DNA from: a virus
Length of the DNA stretch: 64,000 nt
Virus record (IMG/VR): IMGVR_UViG_3300027736_000021
Reading direction: 5' to 3' (one strand)
The position numbers and the translations under genes were made by a program. Below are positions 42,616 to 51,297 of the stretch, one piece after another (positions within the stretch are counted from its first letter, which is position 1; each line of letters starts with the position of its first letter). The notes beneath the pieces were generated by a model that was not told the origin of the DNA, did not search any database, and worked only from the letters and a program-made list of their open reading frames with translations.

Positions 42616-43679
42616 AGATTGCTCTTATAAACGACACTCATGCAGGTGCTCGTGGTGATGACCCACGATTTAATGAATTCTTTTTTAAGTTTTGGGAAGG
42701 CACATTTTTTCCTTATCTAAAAGAAAATAACATTAAACACATCTGCCATCTCGGTGATGTGGTTGACCGCAGAAAGTTTATTTCATTTGTAACACTCAAC
42801 TCGTGGCGTAAACGATTCTTTGATGTATTGCAGACAGAAGGTATTAATATGGATGTAATTGTTGGTAACCATGATGTTACTTACAAAAACACCAATGAAA
42901 TTAATGCTATGCATGAGTTGTTTGACCATTACAATAATATTAATGTGATGATTGAACCAAAAGATATGGAGTATGATGGTCTATCTGTTGCTATGGTACC
43001 ATGGATTAATTCAAGTAATTATGAACAAGCTTTAGAATTTTTAAAGACAACCAAATCACAAGTAGTGTTTGGCCATTTTGAAATTGCTGGGTTTGAAATG
43101 GACAGAGGTAATGTGTGTCATACAGGAATGGACAAATCAACCTTTGATAGGTTTGATATGGTTCTATCTGGCCATTTTCATCACAAATCTACCAATGGTT
43201 CTATTCACTATCTTGGTAATCAATATGAAATAACATGGGCAGATTATAATGACCCTCGTGGTTTCCATGTGTTTGATACTGAAACAAGAGAGTTGACATT
43301 TGTTTCAAACCCTAATAGAATGTTTCATAAAATTAACTATGATGATGCAACAACTGACTTTGCTTATTGGCAAAAATTTGATTATGCAGCCTTGAAAGAT
43401 TGTTATGTAAAGATTGTAGTATTGAATAAACAAAACCCATATCTATTTGATAATGTGTTAGATAATCTATACAAGGCAGGCATTGGTGATATTGCCATTG
43501 TTGAGGACTTTACCGATACGATTATTGAAGATGATAAAGACCTTGTGAATCAGGCAGAAGATACAATGACCATTCTATCCAAGTATATTGATAACTTGAC
43601 ATTGACTGTGGATAATGATAAACTTAAAACTTTAATGAAAGAGCTTTATGTTGAAGCTCTCACTACTGAAACTGAATGA
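42612..43679 (+). CDS. gp47: recombination nuclease gp47 (Mre11/SbcD-like)
   Basis: DTH, GDVVD, GNHD, SGHFH motifs. Confidence 0.95.
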   Translation: MKIALINDTHAGARGDDPRFNEFFFKFWEGTFFPYLKENNIKHICHLGDVVDRRKFISFVTLNSWRKRFFDVLQTEGINMDVIVGNHDVTYKNTNEINAMHELFDHYNNINVMIEPKDMEYDGLSVAMVPWINSSNYEQALEFLKTTKSQVVFGHFEIAGFEMDRGNVCHTGMDKSTFDRFDMVLSGHFHHKSTNGSIHYLGNQYEITWADYNDPRGFHVFDTETRELTFVSNPNRMFHKINYDDATTDFAYWQKFDYAALKDCYVKIVVLNKQNPYLFDNVLDNLYKAGIGDIAIVEDFTDTIIEDDKDLVNQAEDTMTILSKYIDNLTLTVDNDKLKTLMKELYVEALTTETE

Positions 43680-45388
43680 TATTATTTCGTAAAATAAAAT
43701 GGAAAAATCTGTTAAGTACCGGCAACCACTTTACAGAAATACAATTTGATAAATCACCTAGCACATTAATAGTTGGTTCAAACGGAGCAGGTAAATCTAC
43801 AATGCTTGATGCATTGTGTTTTGTTTTGTTTGGCAAACCATTTCGCTCGGTGAATAAACCATTGTTATTAAATTCAATCAATGGTAAAGATTGTCTTGTT
43901 GAAGTTGAATTTAATTCTGGCAACAAGCACTATAAGATTGTTCGTGGCATTAAGCCAAATGTGTTTGAGATTTGGCAAGATGGTGAGATGATTAATCAAG
44001 ATGCTGCTGTAAGAGATTACCAAGAATACTTAGAGAAGTTTATTCTTAAATTAAACTATAAATCATTTACACAGATTGTCATTCTTGGTTCAGCATCGTT
44101 TACACCATTTATGCAACTATCGGCATCTGACCGCAGAGCAATCATTGAAGAACTTTTAGATATTCAGGTGTTTTCTGCCATGAATAATATTTTAAAAGAT
44201 AAGATTACAATGAACAAAGATGCCACAATAACTAAAAAATATGATATTGATTTGGCTGAACAGAAGTATAGTTTACAGAAAAAACATATTGATGAACTAA
44301 AACAAAACAATGAAGATAAGGTAAAAGAATATGAAGGTGAGATTAGTGGTAGTGCGAACACCATATCCACGCTGGCAGAACAGATTGAATTGTTCTCTAA
44401 CGAAGTTCGACAGTTACAAATACTCGTCAATGCGAAGGCTGAAACAGAGGCTAAGGTCAAAAAGATTACAAAACTTGAATCGCAAATTGAAAGCAACTTA
44501 TCCAAATTTCGTAAGGATATCAATTTCTTTCAACACAATGACGATTGTCCAACGTGTAGGCAAGCCATTGCCATGGAATTCAAAGAGAAGGAACTTACCT
44601 TACTTGGCACCAAGGTTACGGAATGTGACCATGGCTTGCAAGAGTTAGAGAAGAAGTTATTAGCAGAACAATCTAAACTGAATTCAATCTCTGAAACACA
44701 AAAGAAAATTCAAGAATTGCAAATTGAAATTGCAACCAAAAATACCACTATTACCGAAACAAACAAATATATTAAACGGTTAGAAAAACAGATTGAAGAT
44801 TTGAAGTTAAACAAATCAAGTACCGACAAAGAAGAACAAGAATTAAGTATCATAAATGAATCATTAAGTCAGTTAAAGCAACATTTAAGAACCCTTATAG
44901 ATGAAAAAACATATTATGAAGTAGCGTCTGGCTTGTTGAAAGATACAGGTATTAAGACCAAGATTATCAAACAGTATTTGCCAATCATTAACAAATTGGT
45001 AAACAAATATCTGGCATCATTTGATTTCTTTGTGAATTTTAACCTTGATGAATCGTTTAAAGAAACAATCAAATCAAGGCACCGTGATGATTTCACCTAT
45101 GATTCTTTTTCAGAGGGTGAAAAACAAAAGATTGATTTGGCATTATTGTTTAGTTGGCGTGCTGTTGCTAAACTAAAAAACTCTGCCAATACTAATCTAT
45201 TAATACTTGATGAAGTGTTTGATTCGAGCCTTGATGCCAATGGCACGGAATATCTAATGACCATATTGCAGATGCTAGAAGGCACAAATGTATTTGTTAT
45301 TTCTCATAAAGGTGATATACTACAAGATAAGTTCCGTAATGTAATTCGTTTTGAGAAGGTTAAAAATTTTAGTAGGATTGTAAAATGA
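43676..45388 (+). CDS. gp46: recombination ATPase gp46 (Rad50/SbcC-like)
   Basis: GSNGAGKS, CPTC zinc hook, FSEGE signature, LDEVFD. Confidence 0.96.
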   Translation: MILFRKIKWKNLLSTGNHFTEIQFDKSPSTLIVGSNGAGKSTMLDALCFVLFGKPFRSVNKPLLLNSINGKDCLVEVEFNSGNKHYKIVRGIKPNVFEIWQDGEMINQDAAVRDYQEYLEKFILKLNYKSFTQIVILGSASFTPFMQLSASDRRAIIEELLDIQVFSAMNNILKDKITMNKDATITKKYDIDLAEQKYSLQKKHIDELKQNNEDKVKEYEGEISGSANTISTLAEQIELFSNEVRQLQILVNAKAETEAKVKKITKLESQIESNLSKFRKDINFFQHNDDCPTCRQAIAMEFKEKELTLLGTKVTECDHGLQELEKKLLAEQSKLNSISETQKKIQELQIEIATKNTTITETNKYIKRLEKQIEDLKLNKSSTDKEEQELSIINESLSQLKQHLRTLIDEKTYYEVASGLLKDTGIKTKIIKQYLPIINKLVNKYLASFDFFVNFNLDESFKETIKSRHRDDFTYDSFSEGEKQKIDLALLFSWRAVAKLKNSANTNLLILDEVFDSSLDANGTEYLMTILQMLEGTNVFVISHKGDILQDKFRNVIRFEKVKNFSRIVK

Positions 45389-46152
45389 ACTTTGAACAAT
45401 ATTTAAGAAACTATAAAGAAGTAATCGACAAAGAAGTAGAAGGTTGGTTTTACCCTAAAGACATTATCATTACATACGGAATTTTAAAAGAATTACAGAA
45501 ACCAAAAGGCGATGTGTGTGAGATTGGTGTTGCATATGGTAAAAGTGCCATTGCTATCTCACAATTTATTGGTAACAATAATTTTTATCTATATGATATT
45601 TTTTCTGAATCTGATAAAGAAAAAGCCACATCTAATATTACAAAGTTTGGTAATCCCAATAATTTGATTTGGAGATTAGAAGATACAACAGAATTAAAGT
45701 TTGATGATATTGTCTTTCAAAATGAATTAAGGTTTCTTCACATTGATGGTTGCCATGAACACTCGGCTGTATTAAGTGATTTGATGTTGTTTAGTAGTAA
45801 GATGAGAGATGATGGTATTATTGCACTTGATGACTTTCAAGACCAAGAATATCCTGGTGTGAATAGTGCAGCCTTTCAATTCTCTTTATCAAATATCAAT
45901 TATAAAAATTGGAGAGTGTTTGCCATTGGCGACAATAAAGCATATATGTGCCAAAAGAAATATGCCGAATTATATCAAAAAGCTTTAATAGATTACATTC
46001 AGAAGGCAAAAGAACAATATAATGTTCCGTTTGCCATGCATTTGGGTTTGCGTGAACTTTTGGATATCAATGTTCTTATGTGTGATTCCAGAACGGCATG
46101 GGATCCACAGGTAATAAAAGAATCTTTGTTTGACAAACCAATAATAGGATGA
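45385..46152 (+). CDS. class I SAM-dependent methyltransferase (Methyltransf_24-like)
   Basis: EIGVAYGKS, LHIDGCH, GIIALDD..YPGV. Confidence 0.8.
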   Translation: MNFEQYLRNYKEVIDKEVEGWFYPKDIIITYGILKELQKPKGDVCEIGVAYGKSAIAISQFIGNNNFYLYDIFSESDKEKATSNITKFGNPNNLIWRLEDTTELKFDDIVFQNELRFLHIDGCHEHSAVLSDLMLFSSKMRDDGIIALDDFQDQEYPGVNSAAFQFSLSNINYKNWRVFAIGDNKAYMCQKKYAELYQKALIDYIQKAKEQYNVPFAMHLGLRELLDINVLMCDSRTAWDPQVIKESLFDKPIIG

Positions 46153-46158
46153 TATAAT
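46130..46158 (+). promoter_or_regulatory. sigma70-type promoter upstream of def and the DUF4338-like gene
   Basis: TTGACA-17-TATAAT with extended TG. Confidence 0.7.
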
Positions 46159-46351
46159 GGATGAATTCAAAAAATTAAGTGAGTATACCGATGGGCATAA
46201 CCGAACTGGCCAAGTATACCTAACAGGTGTAGGCAAATCTAGGTTTATGGCCTTGCTTTATGAAGCAGAAACAGATTATAATGATGCTAAGTATTTTGAC
46301 AGAGAAGAAGATGCCGAAATTTGTGCAGAAGATTGGGTAATGAAAACATGA
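46157..46351 (+). CDS. hypothetical protein
   Basis: Ends AEICAEDWV, a common small phage protein pattern. Confidence 0.55.
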   Translation: MDEFKKLSEYTDGHNRTGQVYLTGVGKSRFMALLYEAETDYNDAKYFDREEDAEICAEDWVMKT

Positions 46352-46932
46352 GTGATATTTTTACAATTGATACCGAAGAAGGTATTGTTAAAGATAAAGA
46401 AGAAGTAATTAATCCGCTATCGTTGTTTAACGAAGATTATCCAATGCTTCTTCAAAAGATACCTGAATATGATGTTAGTAGATTGCCAAATCCAGTTCTT
46501 GGTAAATTAATCAAGCGATTGAAAATGACCATGAAATTGCATGGTGGTATTGGACTATCTGCTAATCAATGTGGAGTATTTGAAAGAGTTTTTGTAATTG
46601 GTGCCAATGATGCAGTTTGGGCTTGTATCAATCCAAAAATTCTTAATGCTTCGCCTGACTTGATACGAGATAAAGAAGGATGTTTATCTTTTCCTGGCTT
46701 AGCACTTAATGTAGAAAGACATTCTTGGGTAGAAGCAGAGTTTATTAACGAAGAATGTAAAGTTGTGCAAATGCGTTTTGAAGGTTTAACAGCAAGATGT
46801 TATCAACATGAACTTGACCATATGAATGGTATTAGGTTTACCAACCATGTTAAACCACTCGCACTAGAAATGGCAAAGAAACAACAAAAGAAGTTAATTA
46901 AAAAAATTATGAGATTGCATAAAAAAATATGA
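46348..46932 (+). CDS. def: peptide deformylase
   Basis: GIGLSANQCG, EGCLS, QHELDH motifs. Confidence 0.95.
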   Translation: MSDIFTIDTEEGIVKDKEEVINPLSLFNEDYPMLLQKIPEYDVSRLPNPVLGKLIKRLKMTMKLHGGIGLSANQCGVFERVFVIGANDAVWACINPKILNASPDLIRDKEGCLSFPGLALNVERHSWVEAEFINEECKVVQMRFEGLTARCYQHELDHMNGIRFTNHVKPLALEMAKKQQKKLIKKIMRLHKKI

Positions 46933-48260
46933 TTGATGCTAAAGCTGATGTAGAAGAACAATGGAAACAATGGCAAGATGAGAATCCGCCAAGTTCTTTT
47001 GTTGATATTGATGAGAGTGTTCTCAAAGAGCAAGTTATCAATGATTTAACCTATGTTTCAAAAATGGATGTAAAAGAATACACACTCTATCAAAAGTGGT
47101 GTGAAATCAAAGAGAAATATCCTACTGTTATTAATCAAACTTTATTTGGTGAAGAAGTTCAGCTTGTTGACCCAAATCAACAAAAGGTTGTTGATGAAAT
47201 TAAGGCATCTATTTGGGTGCCACAATCAGCTGAAGATTATCTCAACTTACAACCTGTATTAGAATATACAGATGATTCTGGTAAAGATATGCAGATTGGT
47301 ATTGATGGTAAAGAATTTGAAGTAGAAAAGAAACGAAGTAAAGACTTACCTGAAAGATGGAACACAGTTCGTAATTTCATTTCAACAATGAAGAACAATA
47401 GTAACATTGGTCGCAACCTAAACTTCTTGGTTCGTGACCAGGTGACAGGCAAGTATCTAGGTGTCATCTGTATATCATCTGACTTCTTAGACCTTACTCC
47501 TCGTGATGAGAAGATTGGTTGGGCTCGTGAATTAAAGACACAAGGCAGTATGATTAATCACACGGCAATTGGTTCTACTATCGTTCCATTTCAACCACTT
47601 GGTTACAATTATGTTGGTGGTAAATTATTGGCATTACTCTGCCTATCTGATGAAGTGCAAAGATTATGGAAAAAACAATATGGTGATGTGTTGATTGGTG
47701 TAACAACAACATCATTGTATGGTAGAACAAAGGCTGATGGTCTATCACAATATGATAACCTTGACCACTGGCAGAAGATGGGTTTCACGGCAGGTTCAGT
47801 ATCATTTGAACCAAGTAGAAAAGTCCGTGGCAATATCATTAACTGGTTAAAAAAGAATCATACTCGTAATTACTTTGAATGGTATGTTGCAAAGAAACCA
47901 TCAGGTCAACCACACAAACGTGACCATAAGAATCGTTCACTAGGCTTTACTTATAGTAAACTAGGCATTCCTAAAGAGTTGATTAGAACTGACCATGCTC
48001 GAGGCATTTACTTCTCACCATTGTATGATAACTCTTATGAGTTTCTCCGTGGTGAAATCAAAGAAGAACAGTTGGTAAAATCATTTGATACCAGCTATGA
48101 ATCATTGGTGAATATCTGGAAAACAAAACACGCCATTGGCAGAATTAAACAATTGACCAAAAAGAATAAAGTATCCTATGAAACATTGTTTTATGATGAT
48201 TTGATTTACCTTTCATGGGAAGAAACAAAGGCAAAATATCTAGGTCAAGTAGGCAGATAA
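46929..48260 (+). CDS. DUF4338/DruA-like protein (possible GNAT/Mom-like transferase)
   Basis: GRNLNFLVRD..GKYLGVI.ISSD..L.PRD..IGW; IVP.QPLGYNYVGGKLLAL; TTTSLYG..SQY motifs. Confidence 0.7.
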   Translation: MIDAKADVEEQWKQWQDENPPSSFVDIDESVLKEQVINDLTYVSKMDVKEYTLYQKWCEIKEKYPTVINQTLFGEEVQLVDPNQQKVVDEIKASIWVPQSAEDYLNLQPVLEYTDDSGKDMQIGIDGKEFEVEKKRSKDLPERWNTVRNFISTMKNNSNIGRNLNFLVRDQVTGKYLGVICISSDFLDLTPRDEKIGWARELKTQGSMINHTAIGSTIVPFQPLGYNYVGGKLLALLCLSDEVQRLWKKQYGDVLIGVTTTSLYGRTKADGLSQYDNLDHWQKMGFTAGSVSFEPSRKVRGNIINWLKKNHTRNYFEWYVAKKPSGQPHKRDHKNRSLGFTYSKLGIPKELIRTDHARGIYFSPLYDNSYEFLRGEIKEEQLVKSFDTSYESLVNIWKTKHAIGRIKQLTKKNKVSYETLFYDDLIYLSWEETKAKYLGQVGR

Positions 48261-48281
48261 AAACTTTTGCCGTTAAAACGC

Positions 48282-48310
48282 TTGACAAGTTACATATATA
48301 ATGTTATAGT
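48282..48310 (+). promoter_or_regulatory. sigma70-type promoter for the tRNA-like gene
   Basis: TTGACA-17-TATAGT with extended TG; predicted start about 3 nt before the tRNA 5' end. Confidence 0.8.
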
Positions 48311-48319
48311 ATTGAATAT

Positions 48320-48388
48320 GCGGTGGGTTGTAGAACAAGTTGGACTTCCCGTTTAATTAACCTTGTGCAACTCAAGGCCACCGCTCCA
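48320..48388 (+). tRNA. non-canonical tRNA-Gly(UCC), 69 nt
   Basis: 7-bp acceptor GCGGTGG/CCACCGC + T + CCA; T-arm CCTTG-TGCAACT-CAAGG; anticodon arm TTGGA-CTTCCCG-TTTAA; vestigial D-arm TTGT-AGA-ACAA. Confidence 0.82.
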
Positions 48389-48400
48389 CTATAAAAGACT

Positions 48401-48571
48401 ATGTTTACATTTCTAGGCATCGTAGGTTTTCTAATCACATTACTTGTTGCCATACCAGCAACATTAATCGCTTTCGCCTCTCTCATTGAACACCCAATAA
48501 AAACAATCATCAAATTGTGGGCAGATGTGGTTGAAACTTATCGCACTCTTTGGGAAAACATTTCAAAATAA
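48401..48571 (+). CDS. small membrane protein, 56 aa (not in ORF track)
   Basis: MFTFLGIVGFLITLLVAIPATLIAFASLIEHP..; hydrophobic N-terminal helix. Confidence 0.55.
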   Translation: MFTFLGIVGFLITLLVAIPATLIAFASLIEHPIKTIIKLWADVVETYRTLWENISK

Positions 48572-48603
48572 TTGCCTCAATTTTAATCTAGGTGTGTTAT
48601 CAT
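48572..48603 (+). promoter_or_regulatory. TTGCCWCR-N18 class promoter
   Basis: TTGCCTCA-18-TATCAT with TG; the ATG at 48610 would be leaderless. Confidence 0.5.
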
Positions 48604-48609
48604 AGCCTC

Positions 48610-48786
48610 ATGATTGAAGATTACTCTCACACACTATTAGAACAGGAAGAAATGCATTTCTATTCCTGTGTTGCCGATGTCATTCGTGCCTTTCAATGCC
48701 ACGGTGTCAGTCATATCCTACATGAGGTTGCAAAAAATCCTCAATTAAAACAAGAGCTTAGCCTGTTGCTTTCATGCAACAAGTAA
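48610..48786 (+). CDS. hypothetical protein
   Basis: MIEDYSHTLLEQEEMHFYSCV.. Confidence 0.5.
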   Translation: MIEDYSHTLLEQEEMHFYSCVADVIRAFQCHGVSHILHEVAKNPQLKQELSLLLSCNK

Positions 48787-48828
48787 GCTTGACTTTCCTC
48801 TTGACTTTCCTCGTGGTTCGTGTATAAT
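48764..48828 (+). promoter_or_regulatory. palindrome plus sigma70-type promoter with duplicated -35
   Basis: TGTTG-N8-CAACA, CTTGACTTTCCT x2, TTGACT-16-TATAAT. Confidence 0.65.
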
Positions 48829-48854
48829 GGTTGCATATTAATTAGAAAGTTCAT

Positions 48855-51209
48855 ATGGCATTTACAGTAGAATCTAAATCACAATTGGCAAAGTTACTTG
48901 CCACAGAAAATCTTACTATCGAGCATCAAAAGATTCGCACAGCAATGTTCGACCCTAAAAATCGTGTTCTCTATTGTCCTATCTGGAAAGATATGACTGG
49001 TGCTACATACGACCATATGTTAGGTCATGAAGTTGGTCATGCTCTCTATACACCTGCCGAAGGTTGGCATGAAGCGGCTTCTTCTCTTGGTGCCAAATAT
49101 AAAGGCTTCTTGAATGTAGTTGAAGATGCTCGTATTGAGAAAAAAGTAAAACGAAAATATCCTGGTATTCGTTCCTCATTCGTTAAAAGTTATCAAGCAC
49201 TTTTTGATAAAGACTTTTTCGGTATTAAAGGTCGTGATTTGAATAGTTTATCATTTATTGACCGCCTTAATCTTCATACAAAATCTTCTGGCACAACCAA
49301 AGTAGAATTTACCAATGAAGAAATGAAATTGGTAAAACAAGTTGAAGCTTGTGAAACATGGGAAGATGTCATTCGTGTTACAAAAGCCGTATTCAATTAT
49401 TCTAAAGATGAACAATTTGAAATGTTACAGCAATTGTTGGCAAGTATGGATTACCAACAAGATGGCGAAGAATCGGAATCTAACGATGATGGTTATGAAT
49501 ATTCAGAATATGATGAAGAAGGTGAAGAAGAAAAAGACGGCTCTCAAAGCGGTGATATGAAAGGCGAAAGTGGTTCAGAAAAACAAGAAGCCAAAAAATC
49601 TAATTCTGAAAATGATAATGGTGAAGAAAATGATAGTGATGAAAATGGCAATTCAATCAATCACGATAAAGAATCTAAGCCTACTGATATTGACCAGTTT
49701 GAACCTTCTTGTGAAACCGATGAAAACTTCCGTAAGAATGAAGATAGTTTAGTTTCTCAAGAATGTAAACCATACATTTATGGTAAAATTCCTAAAGCAA
49801 ACCTTGATAACATTGTTACTTCTGCCAAGCGTGTGCATGAGTTATTAGAAAAATATTATTTCAACCATAATGGTTCTCTTGAGCGTAATGCTCGTTTTGA
49901 ATCATATGCTTCATCTAAAGTGAAGGAATTCAAATCAAAGAATGAGCGCTATGTTAGTTTATTGGCCAAAGAATTTGAAATGAAGAAAGCCGCTCGTGCT
50001 TATGCAAAGGCTAAAGTGTCTAATACAGGTGACATTGATATCAGTAAACTATACAAGTATCAAGTGGAAGATAATATCTTCCGTAAGATGATGAGAGTAC
50101 CAAAAGGTAAATCTCACGGCTTAGTATTGTTGCTTGACCGCTCTGGTTCCATGTCCCGTAATATGGCAGGTTCAATTGAACAGATTTTGGTTCTTGCCAT
50201 GTTCTGCCGTAAAGTGAATATTCCATTTGTTCTGTATGGTTTTGGTGATGTAACAGAAAGCCGTTACTTTGATTACCCTAACCGAGATTACAAAAAAGAA
50301 AAATGCTTTGAACAAAATGTAAATGAATTTTGTTTTGATACGGTATATTTGCGTGAGTATATCAATTCAAAAATGAGCAATTCAGAATTTAATCGTTGTA
50401 TTCGTAATTTGGTTTTGCTAAAAGAATCTTATACAAGCAATTATCATTCTCTTGGTCGACCAAATAGTGAGCATCTTGGTAATACTCCTTTATTGCAAGC
50501 GATGATTGCATTAGAACCAATTACAAAACAATTCCGTAAAGTGAATAATTTAGATTTGGTTAACCTTGTGATTATCCATGATGGTGATGCTGATAATACA
50601 AATAGAATATGTCAAGAAAGAGATCCTTATGAATGGGAAAAACAAGGTGAAAAAGTAGTGAAACCTACAGGTTTCAATAGCTCTCGGGAAAATGTATTCA
50701 TTAAAGATTATGAATCCAAATTACAAATTAAACTTGAATCGTCCGTTCTTAATGGGTATTATGATGAATCATTTCGCATCGGTATATTTAATTGGTTCCG
50801 TGCCAAGACTGATGCAAAGATTTTTGGTTTCTTTATTGCAGGCCAAGGTCGTGAATTGAGGCAGGCTATTGCACACAGATATACTAATAAAGATGGTAAA
50901 TCTATTAATGAGATGATTAAAGAAAAATATAGTGCTACTCATATGATGATTTCGCCAGATAAAAGTGATATTGTTAAAGACATTGCTGCTAAAATGAAAA
51001 GTGAAAAGTTTATTCAATCTTACAATAAAGGCTACGAATCATTCTTTATTATGCCTGGTGGTTCTGATTTACAGATTGAAGATGAGGAGTTGGTTGTAAC
51101 TGGTACGGTAACCGCTAATAAATTAAAAACGGCATTTATGAAAATGAATAAAAAGAAAGCGGTTAACCGTGTGATGGTGTCAAGGTTCATTGATGGCATT
51201 GCTGCCTAA
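48855..51209 (+). CDS. CobT-like protein: HExxH domain, acidic linker, vWA domain
   Basis: HEVGHALYT..NVVEDARIE; D/E-rich linker; LLDRSGSM MIDAS, GNTPL, IHDGD. Confidence 0.8.
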   Translation: MAFTVESKSQLAKLLATENLTIEHQKIRTAMFDPKNRVLYCPIWKDMTGATYDHMLGHEVGHALYTPAEGWHEAASSLGAKYKGFLNVVEDARIEKKVKRKYPGIRSSFVKSYQALFDKDFFGIKGRDLNSLSFIDRLNLHTKSSGTTKVEFTNEEMKLVKQVEACETWEDVIRVTKAVFNYSKDEQFEMLQQLLASMDYQQDGEESESNDDGYEYSEYDEEGEEEKDGSQSGDMKGESGSEKQEAKKSNSENDNGEENDSDENGNSINHDKESKPTDIDQFEPSCETDENFRKNEDSLVSQECKPYIYGKIPKANLDNIVTSAKRVHELLEKYYFNHNGSLERNARFESYASSKVKEFKSKNERYVSLLAKEFEMKKAARAYAKAKVSNTGDIDISKLYKYQVEDNIFRKMMRVPKGKSHGLVLLLDRSGSMSRNMAGSIEQILVLAMFCRKVNIPFVLYGFGDVTESRYFDYPNRDYKKEKCFEQNVNEFCFDTVYLREYINSKMSNSEFNRCIRNLVLLKESYTSNYHSLGRPNSEHLGNTPLLQAMIALEPITKQFRKVNNLDLVNLVIIHDGDADNTNRICQERDPYEWEKQGEKVVKPTGFNSSRENVFIKDYESKLQIKLESSVLNGYYDESFRIGIFNWFRAKTDAKIFGFFIAGQGRELRQAIAHRYTNKDGKSINEMIKEKYSATHMMISPDKSDIVKDIAAKMKSEKFIQSYNKGYESFFIMPGGSDLQIEDEELVVTGTVTANKLKTAFMKMNKKKAVNRVMVSRFIDGIAA

Positions 51210-51211
51210 GG

Positions 51212-51264
51212 TGTTGTTTTTAAGCAACATCGTGCTTGACTTTGATTGTGGTTTATGATACAAT
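51212..51264 (+). promoter_or_regulatory. palindrome plus sigma70-type promoter
   Basis: TGTTG-N8-CAACA then TTGACT-17-TACAAT with TG. Confidence 0.7.
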
Positions 51265-51297
51265 GGTAGGATCTAGTGAAAAATGGAAGGTTATATT

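Noticed and set aside
44331-44648. 105-aa overlapping ORF inside gp46
   Set aside because: No SD or recognisable motif; consistent with a chance open shifted frame in a coiled-coil region
46929-48260. Complete Druantia defence system
   Set aside because: No DruE helicase or other Dru genes nearby; the gene lies in a phage early region
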